Source: Candidatus Firestoneibacteriota bacterium (GTDB lineage Bacteria > Oederibacteriota > D2-FULL-39-29 > CAIOVX01). From it: a stretch of DNA of 64,000 nucleotides. Position 1 is the stretch's first letter; every line of letters starts with the position of its first letter. The stretch covers positions 47,610 through 111,609 of the forward strand of contig CAIOVX010000091.1 of assembly GCA_903861835.1 (NCBI GenBank). The letters are read 5' to 3'. Positions 18,550 to 29,019 of this stretch are shown piece after piece. The notes under the pieces are model-generated. The model was given only the letters and a program-made list of their open reading frames with translations, ran no database searches and was not told the origin of the DNA. The position numbers and the translations under genes are program-made.

Positions 18550-20235
18550 TTATTTTCCGAGTTTTGCGAGCAGTTTTATGGTTTCCTCAGCTATTTTTCC
18601 GCGGTATTCGTCCTGTTTAAGGTAATCAACTCCCGGAGTATCCTTCTTATGGTTATAAGGAATGTACCCCATTATTAGATTTATCATATTGGAAGCTTCT
18701 TTTGTATCTATTCCTTTAGCTTCTGCCTCTTTCATAACTTCGCTTAGTGTGTAAATGTACCTGTAGTCATCCGCTCCCTCGCGTATCCTCTCGAACCTGA
18801 CGCTTGGGTGGGCTTTCTTATCGTAGTAATAGACCAACCCCTGCTCGCGAGGGTACATTACCCCCGGATCCAGGCACCACGGGCGCACGCCCCTGAAACC
18901 GAACTTCCACATATAAAAACCGTGCCCCATCCTCTGGTCAATTCCGACGAAGGTCATCAAAGAAGGCTTTACGCGCAGGCTCTTCTCCCATTCAGGAAAC
19001 ATCTCGCCGTTAAATCCGGTCCAGTCTATTGCGGGAAACCCGGCATGCAGCGCAAACTCCTCGTGCCTGTTGAAAGTGGCAAGCGTCTCAACGCCGGTAG
19101 CCTTTATTTCCGAATAGTACTCTTCGATGCTCTTCATAAGTATTGTGAAATCTTTCGTGCCGCCCTCGCCGAAAGTGCTTCCGAGTTCCGTGGAGAGATA
19201 AAAAACGGTTCTTAGCCATTTATTCTTATCCGCGTTCGCCTTGACCTTGGTCACCAGCGCGGCTGTTTTGGCATAGGATTCACTGTTAAACATATTCAGC
19301 CCGTGCCCGTTTGGTCCGTAGCTGTTCTCAAGACTCAATCCGCCCTGGCAATGCGTGTTTGTATGAATAAATATTCCCGGCAGGCCGGCTTTTTTTGCCA
19401 GCTCCATATAGCGGTTCGCCTTAGTGAAATCCTCGCCCTCGGGCGCAAGCGCGTTGGTTATCTCCCCGGTATAATTATGCTCTCTGATGCACCTAAACTC
19501 CTCCGCCTGGCGCTCAAAATCCCAGGAACCAGACATTATACCGAGCCAGTTCATCCTGTCGGGAGGCGGATTCCTAAGCTTATAGGAAAGCACCCTTACT
19601 TCGACATTAATTTCAGCAGAATTTTTTCCTTCGGGCGCCACATTTATTTTTCCGCGATAGAGCCCGGCAGCTGTCTCTTCAGGAGGATGAACATTGATCC
19701 AGACCGCCTTTGGCACCCCGGGCGTCAGAGAAGTTATACTGCAGGTAAGCTCTAAGAGTTCCCCTTTCACGGTAACAAAGGTTGTCCCTACCGGGCGCAT
19801 AAGCACATTATTAATCTCAAAAGCCGCGGCCGGGAGGATGGCGCCCTCGCTGCTCTTAAATTCCCCGCAGGTTATTTTGATATTCTTAAGCGTTTCAAAA
19901 GGGTAGATACCGATAACAAAAGGTTCATATTCTCCGGGTGCCGCAAATAGTTTCAGGCTCTTAACCCCAAACTCCTCCGTTAAAGGAACCGTAGAGGCAG
20001 AAATATCAAGGAGGTAATTTCTGGAAAAAAGCGCGAACCCTGAACCTGAAACCGGCGCGCCATTTTCCTCTGCTATATTGACTTTCCCTATCTTCGTTTC
20101 AAGTTTGAGACTAGTGTACTTATCCCCGGTGTAACCATCCTGCAGCAGAGCGGCGGAAGACTTTGAAGAGACAAAATCACCGTCGCAAAGCAGCGCCGCC
20201 GGTATCAGCACGAACAACAAAGAGAACTTTTTCAT
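18550..20235 (-). CDS. Secreted glycoside-hydrolase-like protein, paralog A (possibly GH123/DUF4091-like; catalytic Asp replaced by Thr)
   Basis: Signal peptide from MKKFSLLFVL (start refined to the ATG at 20235). It shares the blocks GLYRGKINV...VEVRVLSYKL and GADDYRYIYTL with the ORFs at 41988 and 46254. The central motif is TELG where the paralogs have IDEP. Confidence 0.4.
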   Translation of the reverse strand: MKKFSLLFVLIPAALLCDGDFVSSKSSAALLQDGYTGDKYTSLKLETKIGKVNIAEENGAPVSGSGFALFSRNYLLDISASTVPLTEEFGVKSLKLFAAPGEYEPFVIGIYPFETLKNIKITCGEFKSSEGAILPAAAFEINNVLMRPVGTTFVTVKGELLELTCSITSLTPGVPKAVWINVHPPEETAAGLYRGKINVAPEGKNSAEINVEVRVLSYKLRNPPPDRMNWLGIMSGSWDFERQAEEFRCIREHNYTGEITNALAPEGEDFTKANRYMELAKKAGLPGIFIHTNTHCQGGLSLENSYGPNGHGLNMFNSESYAKTAALVTKVKANADKNKWLRTVFYLSTELGSTFGEGGTKDFTILMKSIEEYYSEIKATGVETLATFNRHEEFALHAGFPAIDWTGFNGEMFPEWEKSLRVKPSLMTFVGIDQRMGHGFYMWKFGFRGVRPWCLDPGVMYPREQGLVYYYDKKAHPSVRFERIREGADDYRYIYTLSEVMKEAEAKGIDTKEASNMINLIMGYIPYNHKKDTPGVDYLKQDEYRGKIAEETIKLLAKLGK

Positions 20236-20236
20236 C

Positions 20237-21937
20237 TCACAGCTCCAGTCTTTCAAGCGCTTTCTTGCCCCGAAGCATTGGCAGCGCGAAGGCCGCCGCC
20301 TGAACCAGCAGAAAGGCAAGAACAGCGAGACAGGCCCAAAGCAGGCTTTCGGTTCCGGCGAACAAATAAATCCCGCGCGTGTAATACAGATGCATAGGGT
20401 AGGCAAGCAGGAATTCCGAGACGCCGATATACCCGATGGCGAATATCATGTAGAGGATGCCTCCGTAACTCGTGGCTATTTCTGCGGTGTTTGCCGCGTC
20501 AAATTTCGGAAAAATCGCTCCCATGCCTATCCCCATGGCGGTCAGGCAAACGCTGAAGAAGAGGCCCATAACCGCGGAGATTATTCCAGTGATGATATCT
20601 ATTTTTACGAATATTGCAGACAAAATCACGAGTATCTCCGAAAGAAAAAGCAGAGGCCAGAAATTTATCCAAAACTTCTCTTTCAGAAACTCCCCGGGCG
20701 TCATCGGCGCCATGCGCACCACCCAGAAGCTCTTGCCCTCGATGCTTATTGAAGAAAAAACAAATCTGGCCGCGATTGAGGCAATCACAAACCCGGCGAA
20801 CCCCATTATGACCAGGAAGAGAACATCCTTGATTATGATGGAATAACCGGCGGGAAGTTTGGAAAGGTCTATCATGGAAATATTTGCGACATAGATAATA
20901 TTAATCGCGACAATAATCATGAGCTGCGGCCACTGGGTGGAATCCCTGATAAATACCAGGACATCCTTTATCACCATCTCCCTCACCGCGGGAGCCAGCC
21001 TTCCTAAGTATTTCCTGTAATCTATCCTGTCAAAAAACTTTTTCCGGTAACGCATGAGCTGGTTTTCAGCGGAATTCCACCAGCCGCGAAGGAAGATATC
21101 GCCTGAGACTGAGAGCATCAGCGTGAAACTCACGCCGGCCGCGGCCGCAAGAAAGCCCAGATATTTGAGCGCGTTAAAATAAGCGCCTGAAAGGAAACCA
21201 AAGACCGCTTGCGAGGCCCAGAAACTCGGGAGATACGGCGCCGAGGGGGCCTGAAGGGACGCGAGAAAGTCCTTAAAAATCATCTGCTCGTTCGGATTGG
21301 TTAGTTTCTCCGGCTGGAGCAGGCGGATGAAAACGAGAAGGGCGCAGACAACGGCTACGCTCAAGAAGACAAAGAAATCCCTTATCCTCTTGGCCGGAAA
21401 GATCCTCATCATTAACACGGTTAGCGTCACGCCAAGCGAAGAGACTATAAGCAGGAAGAGGCCCAGAGCGGCGAAACTTGCAAGAAAACCTGCAAGGCCG
21501 GACTTTAAAACCGCTGCGTACGCGGCAAAGATAGGCAGTCCCATAAAAAACACCATCCAGGAACTGTTGATGGTGACCTTAGAGAACCTGGAAAGAAAAA
21601 GCGCCCGCCTGTTAACCGGCAGAGACAACTGCAAGGACATATCGTCTGAGAGATAATAGGTCGCGATAGAGATAATTATATTGGAAAAGAGCAGCATGAA
21701 AAGAAACGTGAGGAAGACCATCGCCAAAAGTTTTTCAATAAGAACGCTGCCGACCCCGGGAATGTTCATAAAGGCCGCAAGCACCCGCCCCAATCCCCTG
21801 TACGCCCCGAAAAGAAAGAGAAATCCTATTAACGCGAGTACTGCCCCTCTTATTGCGCCTCTGCTTCCGGCCTTGAAAAATGAGTTCTTGACGGTCCTTG
21901 AGGTTATCCTTAGCAGCGCGAGCAGGTCAGCGGTCAT
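20237..21937 (-). CDS. Putative ABC exporter permease (multi-TM)
   Basis: 566 aa with about 12 predicted TM helices. It is translationally coupled to the upstream ABC ATPase by a 4-nt overlap, and its stop sits 1 nt from the start of paralog A. Confidence 0.55.
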   Translation of the reverse strand: MTADLLALLRITSRTVKNSFFKAGSRGAIRGAVLALIGFLFLFGAYRGLGRVLAAFMNIPGVGSVLIEKLLAMVFLTFLFMLLFSNIIISIATYYLSDDMSLQLSLPVNRRALFLSRFSKVTINSSWMVFFMGLPIFAAYAAVLKSGLAGFLASFAALGLFLLIVSSLGVTLTVLMMRIFPAKRIRDFFVFLSVAVVCALLVFIRLLQPEKLTNPNEQMIFKDFLASLQAPSAPYLPSFWASQAVFGFLSGAYFNALKYLGFLAAAAGVSFTLMLSVSGDIFLRGWWNSAENQLMRYRKKFFDRIDYRKYLGRLAPAVREMVIKDVLVFIRDSTQWPQLMIIVAINIIYVANISMIDLSKLPAGYSIIIKDVLFLVIMGFAGFVIASIAARFVFSSISIEGKSFWVVRMAPMTPGEFLKEKFWINFWPLLFLSEILVILSAIFVKIDIITGIISAVMGLFFSVCLTAMGIGMGAIFPKFDAANTAEIATSYGGILYMIFAIGYIGVSEFLLAYPMHLYYTRGIYLFAGTESLLWACLAVLAFLLVQAAAFALPMLRGKKALERLEL

Positions 21938-22698
21938 TTTTCCCCGCTGATGTAATTAAGCACTCCGGCAAGATCCGGCGCTCCGGTCAAACTGAGGAAG
22001 ATATCCTCAAGGTTTCTGCTTCCGCTCTTTGAGGACGCGCGCAGTTCTTCCATACTGCCCTTGGCTATAAGACCGGCGTTTTGGATTATGCCTATCGTGT
22101 CGCAGAGACTTTCCACTATCTCAAGACTGTGCGTGGAAATAAAGAGGGTCTTTCCGGCCTTTTTCAGATCCAAAAACATTTCTCTTACTATTTTGGCGCT
22201 CTTAGGATCAAGCCCGACCATCGGTTCGTCAATGATATAGATTTCCGGATCGTGAAGTATATTGGAAGCCATAACAAGTTTTTGCTTCATTCCGTGGGAG
22301 TAGCTCTCTATGAGTTCATCCCCCCACTTGTCTATCTCGAAGAGCGCGAGCAGCTCCGCCGCCTTTCTTTTTGAAGAGGTTTTATCTAACTTGAATACGC
22401 CTGCGATAAAATCAAGGAATTCCTTGCCGGTGAGTTTTTCATAGATGTACGGGCGGTCTGGAATGAAGCCGATTATTTTTTTTACGGAGACCGGGTCTTT
22501 CTGTATATCAAAACCGCCGACCAGGGCTTCACCGGAGGTGGGCTTCAAAAGGCCTGTCATTATCTTGATTGTAGTGGTCTTTCCCGCTCCGTTTGGGCCG
22601 AGAAACCCGAAAATCTCGCCCTTTTTAACGGTAATGGAAAGATTTTCCACAGCGGTGAATTTGCCGTACTTTTTTACCAGGTTTTTTAACTCTATCAT
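21934..22698 (-). CDS. ABC transporter ATP-binding protein
   Basis: Walker A GPNGAGKTTT, the ABC signature, and Walker B IIDEP. Confidence 0.85.
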   Translation of the reverse strand: MIELKNLVKKYGKFTAVENLSITVKKGEIFGFLGPNGAGKTTTIKIMTGLLKPTSGEALVGGFDIQKDPVSVKKIIGFIPDRPYIYEKLTGKEFLDFIAGVFKLDKTSSKRKAAELLALFEIDKWGDELIESYSHGMKQKLVMASNILHDPEIYIIDEPMVGLDPKSAKIVREMFLDLKKAGKTLFISTHSLEIVESLCDTIGIIQNAGLIAKGSMEELRASSKSGSRNLEDIFLSLTGAPDLAGVLNYISGEK

Positions 22699-22757
22699 AT
22701 AAAGATTTTAACACCGCCGCAGGGCCAATTCAAGGGGATAAGCTTTTGCTAAAGGAA

Positions 22758-23789
22758 TTATTGAATCGGCTTCTCGATTTTTGACTTGGCGGCGTTGTGC
22801 TGTTCGAGAGTTTCGCTGAACTCGTGAGTGCCGTCTCCTTTTGAGACAAAGAATAAATATTTTGTCCCGGCCGGCTCAAGGGCTGCGAGTATTGAGGGCA
22901 GGCCCGGGTTACAAATGGGGGCCGGAGGCAGGCCGTAATATTTATAGGTGTTATAGCGGGATTCAACCTCAAGATCGCTTAGACTCAGCCGCGCCTTCCC
23001 CTTGACCCTGTCGCCAAGCACAAAAGAAACGGTGGCGCAGGATTCAAGGCGCATCCTGGCTTTCAGTCGGTTCATAAAGACCCCGGCGATGAGAGCCCGC
23101 TCGGAGGGTTTCTCGGCCTCTTTTTCCACTATTGAAGCAAGCCGCAGAACGTCGTAAAAACGGATTTTTTTAGCCTCGCACTTTTTGTAAACGCCGTTCT
23201 TTTCCATAACCGCTTTGAAATTGGCGTGCATCATCCCGATTATTTCTTCTTCTTTCATATTCACGTTAAAAAGATAGGTCTCCGGGAAAAGATAGCCCTC
23301 AAAGTTGTTGCCTTCCAGTTTCTTCTTCCTTACAAGCTCTGGATCGGCGCACTTCTTCAGAAAGGCGGCGTCCGAAGATACATGCTGGGCCGCAAGCAGT
23401 CTCGCTATTTGCTTTGTGGAGTAGCCCTCAGGAACGGTTATTTTGTATTGCTTGACCTTGCCGGCAGAGAGCATTGAAATAATCTTCCAGTTGCTCATCG
23501 AAGGCGAGAGTTCGTAATCCCCAGCCTTAAACTTTGCCCTGCGAAACGACCTCGCGGCCTTAAAGGAAAATACGTCTCCAATTATTCCTTCTTTTTTCAG
23601 GAGCTCGGCAACCTTGCCCGCAGGCATCCCGCGGTCAAGGCTCACCAGTTTAGGCGTGTTGCCCAGGCGGTGCGGAATTAGCGTTATCCACGAGAAAAGA
23701 GCGAGTACCGCAAGCAGCGCGAGCAAAAGCTTCTTAAAGTTAGGCGGGATTCCGCCGGCATTACTTTTTGTCATTTTCTTTCCTCTCAT
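22758..23789 (-). CDS. mltG: Endolytic murein transglycosylase MltG (YceG-like)
   Basis: N-terminal TM, and the YceG-like domain blocks KITVPEGYSTKQIARLL and NFEGYLFPETY. Confidence 0.8.
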   Translation of the reverse strand: MRGKKMTKSNAGGIPPNFKKLLLALLAVLALFSWITLIPHRLGNTPKLVSLDRGMPAGKVAELLKKEGIIGDVFSFKAARSFRRAKFKAGDYELSPSMSNWKIISMLSAGKVKQYKITVPEGYSTKQIARLLAAQHVSSDAAFLKKCADPELVRKKKLEGNNFEGYLFPETYLFNVNMKEEEIIGMMHANFKAVMEKNGVYKKCEAKKIRFYDVLRLASIVEKEAEKPSERALIAGVFMNRLKARMRLESCATVSFVLGDRVKGKARLSLSDLEVESRYNTYKYYGLPPAPICNPGLPSILAALEPAGTKYLFFVSKGDGTHEFSETLEQHNAAKSKIEKPIQ

Positions 23790-24177
23790 TCAGGTATCCC
23801 TGAAGTATGTTTGCGGCGGCAAGCTTGTCTATCACCTCATCGCGCCTTTTTCTGCTGACATCCGCGGCAATCAGATCTTCTTTGGCGGAGAAAGTCGTAA
23901 ACCTCTCGTCATAAGTTTCAATAGGCACGGCTACGGCCGTTTTAAGTTCTTCCAGCCATTCAAGCACCTGCTTTGCCTTAAAAGCTATCTCGCCTTTATT
24001 GTTATAGGGCATTCCTACGACAATGAGGCTTACTTCGTACTCTTTAACAACGGCAAGGATGTCCCGAAACGCCGTGGAACGCGGGATTGTCTTTAAAGCG
24101 TGAGCGAGCACGCAGCCCTCATCGGTCACGGCCAGCCCCACTCGCTTATCTCCGTAATCTACGCCGAGTATTCTCAT
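23761..24177 (-). CDS. ruvX: Holliday-junction resolvase-like RNase RuvX (YqgF)
   Basis: MRILGVDYGDKRVGLAVTD. The start is refined to the ATG at 24177, which overlaps the ubiB stop in ATGA. Confidence 0.85.
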   Translation of the reverse strand: MRILGVDYGDKRVGLAVTDEGCVLAHALKTIPRSTAFRDILAVVKEYEVSLIVVGMPYNNKGEIAFKAKQVLEWLEELKTAVAVPIETYDERFTTFSAKEDLIAADVSRKRRDEVIDKLAAANILQGYLNERKENDKK

Positions 24178-25841
24178 AGCTTCCCTGAACGAAAAATTGA
24201 AATGACCAGCCACAAGCCGAAGATAGCGGCTACGACAAAACCGATTATTCCGTACACCGGAACATCATAAAGCTTAGGCCCTGCGCCAGAATGTATCACG
24301 AGAGCTGAACCCATTACCAGTGCCCCGATGATGAGCCCGAAGGTAATGCGGTTGGAAGCGCGGTCTATTTCGTTTATAAGCGGTTCGAGCCCCACATGTT
24401 CGAATTCCATCTTAAGGGTGCCTTTCTTGATTAGCCTTACAATATTAAGTATTTCCGAAGGCAAAGCCCGGAAAAGATTATAAATCGCGGCAGTATGCTT
24501 TTCCAGCTCGCGGAGCAGTTTCTTCGCGCTGAGATTGGCCCCAATGTATTTTCTCGCGTGCGGCTTTGCGTTCGAGACAAAATCGAAATCCGGAACTAGA
24601 TCACGGATAATGCGCTCCACCGTGTACATTGTCTTTGCCAGCAGCGTAAATTCCTTTTCAAACTTAACTCCATAGCTTCTCGCGAGTTCAGAGAGTTCCG
24701 AAAGCGCCATACCGATATCTATCTTTTCGAGCGGGAAACCCTTGTAGCGTTCCAGCAAAACTATGGCTTCCTTCTGGAACTCCGGGTTCTCTTCGTACTC
24801 GCTCACCAGCCCGACATTCGCAAGTTTTTCAGCAGAAAACTCATCGTCTGCGAAGGAAAGCAGCATAAAGGCAAGGCGCTTCAGCATATATTCATCAAGC
24901 CGCCCGGCCATGCCGAAATCCACGATACCCACGGCGCCATCCTTTTTTATTATGATATTTCCGGGATGAGGGTCGGCGTGGAAGAAACCAAGTTCAAATA
25001 TCATTGTATAGTAAATATCAATCAGGCGTTCCGCAACTTTCCTTTTTTCCGCCTGCGGGGCTTTGGAGCGTATGTAGGAAGATATCTTCATCCCTTCTAT
25101 ATTTTCCATAACTATTACTTTCTTGCCGGAGAAATCGAAATTGATCTTAGGGATGTGGACTGAATTATTCCCTGCGAAAGCTCTTCTGAATCTGTCGGCG
25201 TTGCTCACTTCATAGGTAAAATCCAGTTCCTTCTTTATTGCTTTTGAAAATTCATCAACAATTCCGGACGGATTGTAGACTTTAAGTTCCGGAGCGTATT
25301 TTTCTATAAGCCGGGCGAGATAAAAAAGTATATCCAGATCCCTCTCGACTTCTTTTTCAATATGCGGTCTCTGAACTTTAGCCACTACGCGCTCTTTAGC
25401 GCCTTTAAGCATTGCGGAATGCACCTGCGCGATGGAGGCCGAGGCCACCGGTTTTTCGTCAATACTAAAAAAGACGTCATACAGCGGTTTTTTGTACTCG
25501 CTTTCCAGTATTTTTTTGACTTCGGCAAAAGGAAAAGGTTTTACGGAATCCTGCAGTTTTGAAAGTTCCCTCGTGAATTTCAACGGAAGGATGTCTGTCC
25601 GCATGCTCATGAGCTGCCCGAACTTCACGAAGGTGGGCCCGAGTTCCTCGCACGCTTTTCTGACTTCCTGTTCCACGAGCCGGTGCTCGCTGTCCTTGAA
25701 AATCCTTCTCTTCAAATGGAGAAGATGCCCTAGGTTCAGCTTGTGCACCAGGTAGCCGAGACTATGCCGGGCAAGCACGTTAACAATCTCGCCCAGCCGT
25801 CTGACATTATTGCCGGTTCTGCCGATTCTCAAAATAGACAT
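24174..25841 (-). CDS. ubiB: ABC1/UbiB-family atypical kinase
   Basis: ABC1 kinase motifs (ASIAQVHSA...VAVKVQRP, HADPHPGN, DFG), and C-terminal TM helices. Confidence 0.8.
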   Translation of the reverse strand: MSILRIGRTGNNVRRLGEIVNVLARHSLGYLVHKLNLGHLLHLKRRIFKDSEHRLVEQEVRKACEELGPTFVKFGQLMSMRTDILPLKFTRELSKLQDSVKPFPFAEVKKILESEYKKPLYDVFFSIDEKPVASASIAQVHSAMLKGAKERVVAKVQRPHIEKEVERDLDILFYLARLIEKYAPELKVYNPSGIVDEFSKAIKKELDFTYEVSNADRFRRAFAGNNSVHIPKINFDFSGKKVIVMENIEGMKISSYIRSKAPQAEKRKVAERLIDIYYTMIFELGFFHADPHPGNIIIKKDGAVGIVDFGMAGRLDEYMLKRLAFMLLSFADDEFSAEKLANVGLVSEYEENPEFQKEAIVLLERYKGFPLEKIDIGMALSELSELARSYGVKFEKEFTLLAKTMYTVERIIRDLVPDFDFVSNAKPHARKYIGANLSAKKLLRELEKHTAAIYNLFRALPSEILNIVRLIKKGTLKMEFEHVGLEPLINEIDRASNRITFGLIIGALVMGSALVIHSGAGPKLYDVPVYGIIGFVVAAIFGLWLVISIFRSGKL

Positions 25842-25920
25842 TATTCTCCGGAAGACTCACCATTAACTGCCCTCATTGGCGTACAGAGGGCAGAGGGCTG
25901 AAGACCGTAAAATCCCGCTA

Positions 25921-26214
25921 CTATCTCTTCCCTGTTTTCTTTGCTTTCAGCTTCTTTTCAAGCGCTGCAAGGTCTTCGACGGTCGCGAGATGAAGCCTTT
26001 TCAGGCCTTTTACGAGCTCCGCTTCGGCTGATTTCGCAACTTCCGCCTGTCTCTTCTTCGCTTTTGCGGCAAAATCTTTGTACATCTTCCTCGCTTTCGC
26101 TTCCGGGAGTTCACCTTTCTTCATCACTTCCTTAAGCAGTTTTTGCCCTCTCTCTTCCGCATATGCCGCCAGACCGAAACCGGCGGTCACCAGGTCCTTT
26201 AATGTTTTGTTCAT
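25921..26214 (-). CDS. Phasin-family (PHA granule-associated)-like small protein
   Basis: 97 aa, helical and Lys/Ala/Glu-rich, with the N-terminal LKDLVTAGFGLAAYA phasin-like motif. The call is weak. Confidence 0.35.
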   Translation of the reverse strand: MNKTLKDLVTAGFGLAAYAEERGQKLLKEVMKKGELPEAKARKMYKDFAAKAKKRQAEVAKSAEAELVKGLKRLHLATVEDLAALEKKLKAKKTGKR

Positions 26215-26322
26215 ATATCCCCCTTGGCGCTGCTCGCGCCTTACGAGCGCAATTCACTTATTCTTCCATATTCAGTATAACCAATCGCCCATATAATGTC
26301 TATGCCGGCAGGCGCAAAAGGA

Positions 26323-26357
26323 AAGGGCGCGCCGTCAAGACGCGCCCTTGTTTTTTT
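26323..26357. terminator. Rho-independent terminator between alaS and the phasin-like gene
   Basis: A perfect 9-bp stem (AAGGGCGCG / CGCGCCCTT) with a 9-nt loop, followed by GTTTTTTT. Confidence 0.55.
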
Positions 26358-26364
26358 CTGCGTG

Positions 26365-28968
26365 CTAAATCAGCTGCTCGGTTTTCTTAACTAGCGCGTC
26401 AAGGTCATCAACTTTTTTGCAGCCGCCTTGCGCCATATCAGGCCTTCCGCCGCCGCTGCCGCCGGTCAAGTTTGCTATCTCCTTGATAATATTTCCGGCG
26501 TTTACCTTATCTGTCAGATCCTTTGTCACCATACAGAGGTACGAAGTCTTCTCTTCATTTGACGCGAAAAGAACGATTACGCCGCTTTGCAATTTATCTC
26601 TCAGCTTGTCCCCAATATCTCTCATATCCTTAGCTTCAACGCCTTCAAGCTTGGCGGCGATTACCTTCATGCCCTTTATTTCTTTGGCGCTGCCGGCAAG
26701 GTCCGTAGTCTTTACCGCGCCTTCCCCGCGTTTAAGCTTAACTATCTCTTTCTCGAGCGTTTTTATCTCTTCCGCCATCTTTCCGACACGCTCAACCACC
26801 TTTGCCGGATCTACCTTAAGGCTGTTCGCGAGTTCGGTAACTATCCTTTCTTTATCTTTGATCAGCTTAAAAGCGCCGACGCCGGAAACCGCTTCAATTC
26901 TTCTGATTCCCGAAGCAACGCTGCTCTCTGAGACAATCTTCACGACTCCGATCTTGCCGATATTATTGACATGCGTGCCGCCGCAGAACTCCTTGCTCAC
27001 GCCTTCTATATTTACGACTCTTACCTTATCTCCGTACTTTTCTCCAAAAAAGGCCAGCGCGCCGGTCTTTTTTGCTTCCGCTGCGTCCAGCTCATCCATC
27101 GTGACGTTCAAACTCTCCAGAATCCTTTCATTGACCGCGTTCTCAATCTTGTCCAGTTCATCCTTAGTTACGGACTTAAAATGCGTAAAGTCAAACCTGA
27201 AATAGTCCGGCCCGACAAAAGAGCCGGATTGGCGCACGTGATCTCCCAGTACCGCGCGCAGCGCCGCCTGGAGCAGGTGGGTCGCGGTGTGGTTCCTCAT
27301 TATCGCTTTGCGCCGCCTGACATCAATGGAGGCGGTAACAGCATCTCCCGGGGAAGCAATTCCTTGAAGTATTTTAACCCTGTGAACGAAAACCTTCTGC
27401 TGAAATTTCTCCGTGTCTATTACTTCTGCCTCAAATTTATCGCCCAAAATCCTTCCGAAATCGCCCAGCTGACCGCCGGACTCGCCGTAAAAAGGCGTCC
27501 GGTCAAGGACCATAAGGACTTCATCGTCTTTCTTCGCGGACTTGAGGGCGGCAGAAGCCGCTATAAGCCCTAGAATCTTGGCTTTGCCCGAGTATCTCTC
27601 TTCCCCGGAATAGCCGGTGAAGACTGTCTTCGGGAACTCCGCAAGAATGCCCGGCAGTTCCTTCTCGCCTGAGCCCTTCCAAGCGCCTCTTGCCCGCTCC
27701 TGCTGTTCCGCGAGCGCGGCAGTAAAACCTTTTTCGTCGACTTTGAGGTTTCTCTCGGCGGCGATTTCTTTAGTCAGTTCAAGCGGAAAGCCGTAGGTGT
27801 CGTGAAGTTTGAAGGCCTCAGCGCCCGGAATCACTCCCTTGCTCTTCGCCATCACTTCTTCCAGCAGATTAATACCCTGGTTCAGCGTTTCGCGGAACCG
27901 GTCCTCTTCCTGCTTGATGACATCGGCTATCTGCACCCGGCGCTCGTTCAGTTCCGGATAGGCCTCTTTCATAAGGTCAATAACCGTTCCGGAAAGTTTA
28001 TAAAGAAAAGAATTATCCTGACCGAGAAGTTTGCCATACCTGACCGCGCGCCTTATAATGCGGCGCAGCACATACCCGCGCCCTTCATTTAACGGGTGAA
28101 TGCCGTCGCTGATGAGGAAGGTGGAAGCGCGGACGTGGTCAGTGATAATTTTTAGCCAGACATCCCGCTTGGCGTCTTTCTTGTATTCCGAGCCCGTAAG
28201 TTTTGCAGCTTCCAAAACTATCGGCTTTATTATGTCTATATCATAATTATTCTTGGTATTCTGAAGTATTGAAGCCAACCGCTCCAGCCCCATCCCGGTA
28301 TCAACGCCGCGCCTTGCCAGCGGCAGCATAGTTCCGTCAGGCTGCGCGTCAAAACTCGGGAAAACATTGTTCCAGAATTCTTCAAACCTGTCGCAATCGC
28401 AGCCGGGTTTGCAATCCGGCTTGCCGCAGCCGAACTCGACCCCAAAATCAATGTAGATCTCGCTGCAAGGCCCGCACGGCCCCGTGCCGCCAACCGGACC
28501 CCAAAAATTATCCTTTTTGCCGAGTTTTACAATTCGTTCTTTCGGCAGGCCAATATGCTCGTGCCAGATTTCGCCCGCTTCGTCATCACTTTCAAATATC
28601 GTTACCCACAGCAAATCTTTGGGAAGTTTTAAAACATTAACAGAAAAATCCCAGGCGTATTCAATGGCTTCCTTCTTGAAATAATCTCCGAAGGAGAAGT
28701 TGCCGAGCATCTCGAAGAAAGTATGATGGCGCGGTGTCAGCCCGACTCTTTCAAGATCCGGAGTCCTGAAACATTTCTGGCAGCTGGTTGCGGTGTTATA
28801 GGGAATCGGCCCTTTGGTTACATAAAGCGGCTTAAACTGGACCATTCCAGCCGAGGAAAAAAGGAGCGTCGGATCATTGGACGGAATCAGCGAGTCGCTC
28901 GCCACCAAGGTGTGCCCTTTGCTTTTAAAATAATCTATGTATAATTTTCTGATCTCGTTCGTCTTCAT
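26365..28968 (-). CDS. alaS: Alanine--tRNA ligase
   Basis: 867 aa. It has the class II catalytic core, an editing domain with the HTATHLL motif, and a C-terminal DHHA1 domain. Confidence 0.95.
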   Translation of the reverse strand: MKTNEIRKLYIDYFKSKGHTLVASDSLIPSNDPTLLFSSAGMVQFKPLYVTKGPIPYNTATSCQKCFRTPDLERVGLTPRHHTFFEMLGNFSFGDYFKKEAIEYAWDFSVNVLKLPKDLLWVTIFESDDEAGEIWHEHIGLPKERIVKLGKKDNFWGPVGGTGPCGPCSEIYIDFGVEFGCGKPDCKPGCDCDRFEEFWNNVFPSFDAQPDGTMLPLARRGVDTGMGLERLASILQNTKNNYDIDIIKPIVLEAAKLTGSEYKKDAKRDVWLKIITDHVRASTFLISDGIHPLNEGRGYVLRRIIRRAVRYGKLLGQDNSFLYKLSGTVIDLMKEAYPELNERRVQIADVIKQEEDRFRETLNQGINLLEEVMAKSKGVIPGAEAFKLHDTYGFPLELTKEIAAERNLKVDEKGFTAALAEQQERARGAWKGSGEKELPGILAEFPKTVFTGYSGEERYSGKAKILGLIAASAALKSAKKDDEVLMVLDRTPFYGESGGQLGDFGRILGDKFEAEVIDTEKFQQKVFVHRVKILQGIASPGDAVTASIDVRRRKAIMRNHTATHLLQAALRAVLGDHVRQSGSFVGPDYFRFDFTHFKSVTKDELDKIENAVNERILESLNVTMDELDAAEAKKTGALAFFGEKYGDKVRVVNIEGVSKEFCGGTHVNNIGKIGVVKIVSESSVASGIRRIEAVSGVGAFKLIKDKERIVTELANSLKVDPAKVVERVGKMAEEIKTLEKEIVKLKRGEGAVKTTDLAGSAKEIKGMKVIAAKLEGVEAKDMRDIGDKLRDKLQSGVIVLFASNEEKTSYLCMVTKDLTDKVNAGNIIKEIANLTGGSGGGRPDMAQGGCKKVDDLDALVKKTEQLI

Positions 28969-29019
28969 TTTTTTCCTTTACCAGCCGGATTTTTTTGCAA
29001 AACAACAGAAACTTTTGTT

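Noticed and set aside
26417-27573. Plus-strand ORFs of 262 aa and 200 aa antisense to alaS
   Set aside because: They are Ser/Leu/Phe-rich, low-complexity translations of the alaS antisense strand. alaS is unambiguous and intact on the minus strand.
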